NCBI GenBank assembly: GCA_963823335.1
Contig: CAWGLD010000001.1
Coordinates: 1,600,001 to 1,664,000 of the forward strand
From: an uncultured delta proteobacterium
GTDB lineage: Bacteria > Desulfobacterota > Desulfobacteria > Desulfobacterales > B30-G6
Direction: 5' to 3'
Length of the DNA: 64,000 bases
The notes beneath the pieces are model-generated. The model was not told the DNA's origin. It ran no database searches and saw only the letters and a program-made list of their open reading frames with translations. This document shows, piece after piece, positions 56,969 through 64,000 of this stretch. Made by a program: the position numbers and the translations under genes. How positions within the stretch are numbered: the stretch's first letter is position 1; each line of letters starts with the position of its first letter.

Positions 56969-59647
56969 TTATGAAAAATAGGGGTTACTCTGTTCAGGAT
57001 CGATTTCGAGAACCTGGCGTGCCTTTTTTACAACCGACATGGGGACCTGCTTTTCCCGGGCCATTGCAGAAAGTGCGGCAAAGACGATATGGTGTGCATC
57101 CACCTCAAAATAATTCCGTAGAGCCGCACGCGTGTCGCTCCGGCCGTATCCATCTGTTCCCAGGCTGATCAGCCGGCCGGGTATCCAACTCGCAATCGAT
57201 TCCGGCAGTACCTTGAGATAGTCCGAAGCAGCGATAAACACACCTTTTTCATTCTGTAACAATCGAGCAATATAGGGCAGTTCCGGCTTCTTTTCAGGAA
57301 AGAGCATGTTTTTTCGGGCCGTATCCATGACGTCGACATAGAGATTTTTATAGCTTGTAACGCTCCAGATGTCCGCGGCTAGACCGTATTCATTTTCCAA
57401 TATCGTTTGCGCTTTCATGACTTCATTGAGAATAGATCCGCTGCCTAAGAGATGCAGCTTTGTTTTGGATGTCTTGACATTGGATTTGCGGAAGCGGTAC
57501 ATGCCTTTTATAATGCCTTCTTGCGCATGCTCGGGCATTGCCGGCATCTGATAGAACTCGTTCATCATGGTCAGGTAGTAAATGATATTTTCGCCTGCTT
57601 CGAGCATTCGTCGAAGCCCCTCCCGAACGATCACGGCAATTTCAAAGGCAAAGGCAGGATCATATGCAACAACAGAGGGATTGGCATATGCGAGCATGTG
57701 GCTGTGACCGTCCTGGTGTTGCAATCCTTCACCGGCCAGGGTGGTTCTTCCCGCGGTTCCACCCAACAAAAAGCCACGAGCCTGACTGTCACCGGCCGCC
57801 CATATCAGGTCCCCGATACGCTGGAAACCGAACATAGAATAGAATAGGAAGAAGGGTATCATATTCACGCCAAAACTGGAGTAAGCGGTTCCGGCGGCGA
57901 TGAACGATGACATGGAACCGGCTTCGGTGATTCCCTCCTCCAATATCTGTCCATCCTTGATCTCTTTGTAATAGAGCAGGCTTTCTTTATCTACGGGTTC
58001 GTATACCTGTCCGACACTGCTGTAAATGCCTACCTTTCGAAAAAGCGCCTCCATGCCAAAGGTACGGGCCTCGTCAGGGACGATGGGTACAATATATTTG
58101 CCAAGTTTCTTGTCCGCCAGGAGTTTTCCCAGGAGGCGAACCATGACCATGGTGGTGGCGACCTCACGATCGTCGCTACCCTTCAGAAATTCAGCATACA
58201 GATCATCGCCGGGGGGCCGAAAGGCCGGTACGGAAACATATCGGGCTGGCATATACCCTCCAAGTTCCGCTCTGCGTTCCCTGAGGTATGTCATTTCCAC
58301 ACTGTCCTGGGCGGGTAGATAAAAGGGTGCATCCATGACGTCGGCATCCGCTATGGGGATATCGAAGCGGCTGCGAAAATGGCGCAATTCATGTTCGTTC
58401 AGTTTTTTCTGCTGATGGGTAACGTTACGTCCCTCGCCTGCTTCCCCCAGGCCATAGCCTTTAATGGTTTTGGCTAGAATGACGGTGGGTGAACCTGTCT
58501 TTTCCATGGCGCGCTTATAGGCTGAATAGACTTTAAGCGGGTCATGCCCGCCCCTGCGTAATTTCCTGATCTGCTCATTCGAATAGCGGGCGACCATCTG
58601 CTCGAGTTCGGGATGTTTGCCGAAAAAATCCTGACGGATAAAGTCACCATCTGAAATGGAGTAAAGCTGGTATTGTCCGTCGGGTACCTCCTGCATCCTT
58701 TTTACCAGCAGCCCGTTTTTATCCATTTTCAGCAGAGGGTCCCAGTCATCACCCCAGATTACCTTGATGGCATTCCATCCGGCTCCGCGAAATGCGGCTT
58801 CAAGTTCCTGAATTATTTTTCCGTTGCCGCGAACCGGCCCATCGAGCCGCTGCAGGTTGCAGTTGACCACGAAAACCAGGTTGTCGAGTTGTTCTCTTGC
58901 CGCCAGTGTGATGGCTCCGAGTGATTCGGGTTCATCCACCTCACCATCCCCTAAAAAGGCCCAGACTTTCTGGTCGCTCGCATTTTTAATGCCCCGGTTT
59001 TCAAGATAGCGGATAAAGCGGGCCTGATAAATGGCCATGATGGGGCCAAGCCCCATGGATACCGTGGGGAATTGCCAGAATTCGGGCAATAGATAGGGAT
59101 GCGGGTAGGAAGGCAATCCGCCCCCGGGCTGAAGTTCCTGTCTGAAATTCTCGATCTGTTTTTGGGACAGGCGGCCTTCCAGAAAAGCGCGGGCATATAT
59201 GCCCGGTGCGGCATGACCTTGAAAATAGGCGATGTCGCCTTCCTGCTGATAGGTTTTTGCGCGATAAAAATGGTTGAAAAAAATTTCATACAGGGTGGCG
59301 CTGGAAGCATAGGTCGAAATATGACCCCCCAGACCGTCATGCTTTCGGTTGGCCCGCACCACCATGGCCATGGCATTCCAGCGGATAATGCTCTTGATCC
59401 GTCGTTCTATGTCGCGGTCACCGGGAAACGCCGGCTGCTCCTCCAGCGGGATGGTATTGATATAGGGCGTGTTGGCTGTAAACGGGAGATGAATCCCTTT
59501 TGCCTGGGCACTGACCTGGAGGCGCTGCAACAAAGCGATGACCCGATCAGGGCCTTGATTCTCATAAACATAATCGAGAGATTCCAACCACTCCCGGTTT
59601 TCGTTTTCGATGTCCTCTCTTGAAATCCGATCCTTTGAATCGCTCAT
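56969..59647 (-). CDS. aceE: Pyruvate dehydrogenase E1, homodimeric type
   Basis: YINTIP, GGHISTYAS, FPTVSMGLGP, GDGEVDEPE, PDEARTFGME, GEGLQHQDGHS. Confidence 0.96.
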   Translation of the reverse strand: MSDSKDRISREDIENENREWLESLDYVYENQGPDRVIALLQRLQVSAQAKGIHLPFTANTPYINTIPLEEQPAFPGDRDIERRIKSIIRWNAMAMVVRANRKHDGLGGHISTYASSATLYEIFFNHFYRAKTYQQEGDIAYFQGHAAPGIYARAFLEGRLSQKQIENFRQELQPGGGLPSYPHPYLLPEFWQFPTVSMGLGPIMAIYQARFIRYLENRGIKNASDQKVWAFLGDGEVDEPESLGAITLAAREQLDNLVFVVNCNLQRLDGPVRGNGKIIQELEAAFRGAGWNAIKVIWGDDWDPLLKMDKNGLLVKRMQEVPDGQYQLYSISDGDFIRQDFFGKHPELEQMVARYSNEQIRKLRRGGHDPLKVYSAYKRAMEKTGSPTVILAKTIKGYGLGEAGEGRNVTHQQKKLNEHELRHFRSRFDIPIADADVMDAPFYLPAQDSVEMTYLRERRAELGGYMPARYVSVPAFRPPGDDLYAEFLKGSDDREVATTMVMVRLLGKLLADKKLGKYIVPIVPDEARTFGMEALFRKVGIYSSVGQVYEPVDKESLLYYKEIKDGQILEEGITEAGSMSSFIAAGTAYSSFGVNMIPFFLFYSMFGFQRIGDLIWAAGDSQARGFLLGGTAGRTTLAGEGLQHQDGHSHMLAYANPSVVAYDPAFAFEIAVIVREGLRRMLEAGENIIYYLTMMNEFYQMPAMPEHAQEGIIKGMYRFRKSNVKTSKTKLHLLGSGSILNEVMKAQTILENEYGLAADIWSVTSYKNLYVDVMDTARKNMLFPEKKPELPYIARLLQNEKGVFIAASDYLKVLPESIASWIPGRLISLGTDGYGRSDTRAALRNYFEVDAHHIVFAALSAMAREKQVPMSVVKKARQVLEIDPEQSNPYFS

Positions 59648-59677
59648 TGTTCAAGTCTCTCCACCATCTGAAAGGGG

Positions 59678-61309
59678 TCATGCTACTTTCATGAACGGGT
59701 ATTGATAGTCTCTGGGCGGCGCGAAGTTTTCCTTGACTGTCTGGGCCGAGACCCATCGAATCAGGTTCAGATAGCTGCCGGCCTTGTCATTGGTGCCGGA
59801 TGCCCTGGAGCCACCAAAGGGTTGCTGGCCCACGACGGCACCGGTCGGTTTGTCGTTGATGTAAAAGTTACCTGCGCTATTGTATAGGATTTTTTCCGCC
59901 AAGGCAATTGCCTTGCGCTCCTTTGCGAAAACAGCACCCGTCAGGCCATAGGGGGATGTCTTGTCGCACAGATCGAGGGTGGCTTGATATTGATCGTCTT
60001 CGTAGACAAATACCGTCACCACCGGCCCAAAGATTTCTTCTTGCATGGTCACAAAATGGGGGTCCCTGGTCTCGATCAGTGTGGGCTCTATGAAGTATCC
60101 ATTCCTGTCATCGCCATGGCCGCCGAAAAGTATTCTGGCCTGATCGGTGGATCCGGCTTTTTCGATATAGCCCATGATGTTGTCATATGAGGTCTGGTCA
60201 ATGACCGCGTTCATGAAATTGGAAAAGTCCCTCACATCACCCCTCTTGATGGTTTGGATCATGGATAGAAGTGTGGATTTCAACTCAGACCATTTGGATC
60301 GTGGCACATACACACGAGAGCAGGCGGAACACTTCTGTCCCTGGTATTCATATCCGGCACGAACGATGGCGGTGGCTGTTTCCTCGATGTCGGCCGAATG
60401 GTGCATGAACAGGTAGCCCTTGCCGCCGGTTTCACCCACGAGCCTGGGATAATTTTTATACCTGCCGATATGTTGTGCTGTCTTGAGCCACATGGACTGA
60501 AATGTTTTCGTGGCGCCTGTGAAGTGCACACCTGCCAGGTTAGGATCTGTCAGGACGGTCTCGGCGATGGCTGTCCCCGGACCGGGAATGAAGTTGATGA
60601 CGCCGCCCGGCAGGCCGGCCTCCGCGAACAACTGCATCAGATAATAGTTGGACAACACGGAACTGGATGAAGGTTTCCACACCAGGGTATTGCCCATGAG
60701 GGTTGGCGCAGTGGTCAGGTTGCCGGCGATGGCAGTAAAGTTAAAGGGGGTTATGGCGGCAATAAAGCCTTCCAAGGGTCGATATGCCATGCGGTTCCTG
60801 GTTCCCGGTGTCGATTCCGGTTGGTTGGAATAGATCTCGTTCGCAAAGTGAACATTGAACCGCAAAAAGTCCGCCAGTTCGCACGCAGCTTCGATCTCGG
60901 CCTGGTAAACCGATTTTGATTGACCCAGCATGGTGGCGGCATTGAGGATATAACGGTAGCGGGTCGATATCAGATCGGCCATTTTCATAAATATGGACGC
61001 CCGGTGAGACCAGTTCATGTCCGACCAGGCTTGTTTGGCCTGCAGGGCGGCATTGATGGCCATGCTGACCTCTTTGGCGCCGGCCTGATGATAGACTGCC
61101 AGTACGTGCCGGTGTTCATGGGGGCAGACCACCTTGGCCGTACGGCCGGTATAGATCTCCCGGTCGCCGATGATGAGAGGGATTTCAATCTCCTGCGTAT
61201 ATTGTCTTTCCAGTTCTGCTTTCAGCAATCTTTTTTCATGAGAGCCCGGAAGGTATTCTTTGACGGGCTCGTTGTACGGCCTAGGTATGCTTGCGTATGT
61301 ATTGTTCAT
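59678..61309 (-). CDS. pruA: L-glutamate gamma-semialdehyde (P5C) dehydrogenase
   Basis: NEPV..Y.PGS, PFNFTAI, GETGGK, EYQGQKCSACSR, EEIFGP, NDKPTGAVVGQQPFGG. ATG 61309 with a GGAAGGA RBS. Confidence 0.93.
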   Translation of the reverse strand: MNNTYASIPRPYNEPVKEYLPGSHEKRLLKAELERQYTQEIEIPLIIGDREIYTGRTAKVVCPHEHRHVLAVYHQAGAKEVSMAINAALQAKQAWSDMNWSHRASIFMKMADLISTRYRYILNAATMLGQSKSVYQAEIEAACELADFLRFNVHFANEIYSNQPESTPGTRNRMAYRPLEGFIAAITPFNFTAIAGNLTTAPTLMGNTLVWKPSSSSVLSNYYLMQLFAEAGLPGGVINFIPGPGTAIAETVLTDPNLAGVHFTGATKTFQSMWLKTAQHIGRYKNYPRLVGETGGKGYLFMHHSADIEETATAIVRAGYEYQGQKCSACSRVYVPRSKWSELKSTLLSMIQTIKRGDVRDFSNFMNAVIDQTSYDNIMGYIEKAGSTDQARILFGGHGDDRNGYFIEPTLIETRDPHFVTMQEEIFGPVVTVFVYEDDQYQATLDLCDKTSPYGLTGAVFAKERKAIALAEKILYNSAGNFYINDKPTGAVVGQQPFGGSRASGTNDKAGSYLNLIRWVSAQTVKENFAPPRDYQYPFMKVA

Positions 61310-61572
61310 AATTGCATCCTTCCGTTTGAAGGCGAACATGCTCGCTGTAAATGGTGTTTACCCTTCTGGTTGCATGAAACCCCGGTCTGAGAGTCAGTAA
61401 CTCAGGACGAGGTGCCGGAGCTTCTCTATCTTGGGACGTTGCCTAACCCTAAACAATAACAGACGTCATTAATATAGTCATTGTCTTATCTAAAAACAAC
61501 GTGTGTGTTAAAACTGAAGGCAGTTGCATCTTGCCAGAAGATGATTAACCTTTTTAAATGACACTGAAATTT

Positions 61573-61651
61573 AAGAACCTCACAGCATGCTGCGAGGAAT
61601 GTTCTGCCTTACGGCAGATCCTACGGGGAATGCGCTCGCTTTTTCGGTTCA
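61573..61651. repeat. Expanded copy of the 14684-14735 repeat (reverse orientation)
   Basis: Reverse complement reads TGAACCGAAAAAGCGAGCGCATTCCCCGTAG-[insert]-CATGCTGTGAGGTTCTT. Confidence 0.7.
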
Positions 61652-61790
61652 TGAACACCGGCATAGTGCTATTTGTAACCGGTGATGGCAATATTCTCTG
61701 CATACTTTGGAAAAATGGAATGTGTTTTCATTTGACCAAGGTCCAGCGGAACGTTATTATTCATCACAAGGCTGTTTAAGGAGAACTCTT

Positions 61791-62024
61791 ATGTACCAGA
61801 AAAATGAATTATGTGAAAAAATAAGATCCTTATACCCCGAATTGGGACACTGCGGTATCGATCTGGCCGTGGACTACGATGACATGGAAAAGAGTTGGGT
61901 CGTTTTCATCAACAGGGGAAATTACCAGGTTAAACATTTTCTGCCGGATGAGGATGCAGATGTTTGCATGCTCGGGCAACGCTGTGTGGGTTTAGGTCTC
62001 GAGATCGCCCAGTTCAGGAACTGA
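61791..62024 (+). CDS. Small hypothetical protein (77 aa, four Cys)
   Basis: Strong RBS TAAGGAG; LCEKIRSLYPELGHCGID...CMLGQRCVGLG. Confidence 0.7.
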   Translation: MYQKNELCEKIRSLYPELGHCGIDLAVDYDDMEKSWVVFINRGNYQVKHFLPDEDADVCMLGQRCVGLGLEIAQFRN

Positions 62025-62231
62025 CCTCTTTATTCGAAACCCAAACCCCTTGTAAACTCTCAATAATAATCTTCAGGCAGTCTTGCGATGCTTGAAAAAC
62101 AATAAAAGGGGAGATTTGCCTCGTCCTTCGGGTTCAAGGGTGTCGAGTGTTTCATTTCTTGATCCTGACCCGGGCGTATTTGCTCAGGCATCTCCTGCTC
62201 GGACTGTCGCATTTTCATATTTTATCTGGGG

Positions 62232-63050
62232 TCAGGACGACCATTGCGGTGCTCTTTTTTCCAGAAAAGCCCCTATCCCCTCGATACACTGGCCACTCAG
62301 GATATTGTCGGCAGCTTGTTCGGTTTCCAGTGACAAGGCTTCGGTTTCCGGCATATCCATGGCGGCAGCGACGATCCGTTTGACACATTTGAGGGCCTGG
62401 GGTCCATTGGCTATGAGGCTTTTCACATAAGTGTCAACCTGTCCCAGGAAGTTCTCCCTGGCAAAGACATGATTGATCAGCCCTATGGCCAGGGCTTCAT
62501 GTGGATCGATCGTGCGTGCTGAAAAGATCAGTTCTTTGGCCCGTCCGGGTCCCACCAGCCGGCTCAGACGCACGGTTCCTCCGAGATCCGGGATGAGACC
62601 CAGGCGTGTTTCCTGGAAGCAGAGCGTGGCACCACTGCAGGCGATGCGGATATCACAGGCCAGGGCCAGTTCCAACCCGCCACTGTAGCAGAGTCCGTTG
62701 ATGGCGGCGATGGTGGGGAAGGGGAGCTGGGCAAGCATGGATAGTATCCCCTGCATGTAGGCAATGCCGCCCAGAATGGTTTCCCGATCCTTTTCCTGGA
62801 GACCCGCAAACAAACTGGAAATAAGCGGATCCGAAGGGTGGACATCGACTCCGGCCGAAAAAACACCCGGCGCAGCACCTGTGATCACCATTGCCCGGAT
62901 ATCGGTTCGTGATGAAAGGGTGTTAAAATAGTTTTCGAACAAATGCCAGCATTCGGAATTGATGGCATTTTTCATGTCTGGGCGATTCATCCGAATAAAG
63001 GCGATTCCATCATTTTCGTCGTACAATAACGGGTTGCTGTTTTCCTTCAT
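62232..63050 (-). CDS. Enoyl-CoA hydratase/isomerase family protein
   Basis: NRPDMKNAIN, FSAGVD, PTIAAING...GGLELALACD, ETRLGLIPD.GG, EGIGAFLEKR.P. RBS GGAGG before ATG 63050. Confidence 0.92.
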   Translation of the reverse strand: MKENSNPLLYDENDGIAFIRMNRPDMKNAINSECWHLFENYFNTLSSRTDIRAMVITGAAPGVFSAGVDVHPSDPLISSLFAGLQEKDRETILGGIAYMQGILSMLAQLPFPTIAAINGLCYSGGLELALACDIRIACSGATLCFQETRLGLIPDLGGTVRLSRLVGPGRAKELIFSARTIDPHEALAIGLINHVFARENFLGQVDTYVKSLIANGPQALKCVKRIVAAAMDMPETEALSLETEQAADNILSGQCIEGIGAFLEKRAPQWSS

Positions 63051-63127
63051 GGTTCCTCCTTGTTCTATTGATACCATTCATGTAATAAATTCCGATAGCA
63101 ATTGCAATTGATTCAGGGAGGAGTGAC

Positions 63128-64000
63128 ATGTCACGTCCGCAACCTTCAAACAGTATGACAAGCCGTGGGCGCTTCCTGGAAGTTATGCGATTCGGGCAGC
63201 CGGATCGTGTGCCTTATTTTGAAGAGGGCATTCGAGATGAGGTCATCCATGTCTGGCAGAGACAGGGTCTTTCCGGAAGGCGCGAATTGGCAAGCGCGTT
63301 CCCTTCGGATGTGCGCGAGAGAATGGAGCTGGATCTGGACCCGCATCCTGAATTGAAAAAATGGCCCACCACAGAAAAGGATTTGGATTTTTTCAGACAA
63401 CATCTAAGTCCGGGGGACCCGAAGCGGTTTCCCGGGCGATGGAAACAGCGTGTCCGGAGCTGGCAACATCGCCAGCATGTACTGATGCTGCATGTCCATC
63501 AAGGTTTTTTTTTAAGTATGGGTGTCGGGTGCTGGCAACGCTTTTACGAGGTCATGACCCAGCTGGTGGACAGCCCCGGCCTGGTGTATAATATGATGAT
63601 GGCCAAAGGCCGGCTTGCCGCGGCGCTTACCGAAAAAGTGCTCCAGGACGTCAACGTGGATGCCGTCATTTTCAGTGAACCCATCGGCGGCAACGAGGGC
63701 CCCCTGCTATCACCCAAAATGTATGAAGACATTGTCCTGAAAAGCTATCGGCCCCTCCTGGAGGTTCTGCATCGTCACCGTGTGGAGATCATTATTTTCA
63801 AAACCTTTGCCAATGCCAGGATTCTGATTCCCAGCATCCTGAAATGGGGCTTCAACGGGCTGTGGGCGTGTGAAGTCAATATCGAAGCCATGGACTACCG
63901 CAGCATTCGCAAGGAATACGGCAGAGATCTGAGGCTCATCGGCGGTATCGACCTGGATGCACTGCGCAGCAGCAAGGCGGACATCGAGAAGGAAATCCAG
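63128..64000 (+). CDS. Uroporphyrinogen decarboxylase-like (URO-D/MtaA family) protein; 3'-truncated by the window edge
   Basis: Frame open from ATG 63128 (RBS GGAGG) to the window end; MTSRGRF...PDRVP, GPLLSPKMYE, MDYRSIRKEYG..L.LIGGID. Absent from the ORF track because there is no stop codon. Confidence 0.75.
   Translation, partial: MSRPQPSNSMTSRGRFLEVMRFGQPDRVPYFEEGIRDEVIHVWQRQGLSGRRELASAFPSDVRERMELDLDPHPELKKWPTTEKDLDFFRQHLSPGDPKRFPGRWKQRVRSWQHRQHVLMLHVHQGFFLSMGVGCWQRFYEVMTQLVDSPGLVYNMMMAKGRLAAALTEKVLQDVNVDAVIFSEPIGGNEGPLLSPKMYEDIVLKSYRPLLEVLHRHRVEIIIFKTFANARILIPSILKWGFNGLWACEVNIEAMDYRSIRKEYGRDLRLIGGIDLDALRSSKADIEKEIQ

Noticed and set aside
61340-61450. Riboswitch upstream of pruA
   Set aside because: Some pairing is possible (CUGAG/CUCAG), but the conserved cores of glycine, c-di-GMP, SAM or TPP riboswitches are absent.

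Overview
Chromosomal segment of an anaerobic sulfate-reducing Desulfobacterota bacterium, probably Desulfobacterales (inferred from gene content: canonical two-Cys DsrC, AhbA, PFOR, Flx-Hdr). It holds about 55 CDSs and two tRNAs (Met-CAT, Leu-CAA). I see no CRISPR array, integrase, transposase or prophage. Main points not evident from the ORF track: (1) an hdrA-flxD(mvhD)-flxC-flxB-flxA operon just upstream of dsrC, without hdrBC, in which both hdrA and flxD carry an in-frame UGA at a conserved Cys position followed by a SECIS-like hairpin, i.e. probable selenoproteins; the 3' third of hdrA is also broken by about 8 clustered indels. (2) A Tyr/Phe leader-peptide attenuator upstream of pheA, with a 35-codon DAHP-synthase relic between them. 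(3) Two candidate small RNAs with anti-Shine-Dalgarno motifs, each just downstream of a tRNA. (4) Several families of intergenic palindromic repeats, including a double hairpin with compensatory changes and ~85-bp inverted repeats bracketing a ydcF-like gene. (5) A polysaccharide export module (beta-barrel, Wza, Wzc, PHP phosphatase) with no biosynthetic genes in the window. (6) An AceEF-Lpd pyruvate dehydrogenase co-occurring with PFOR. All product calls come from motif recognition by eye; no database searches were run.
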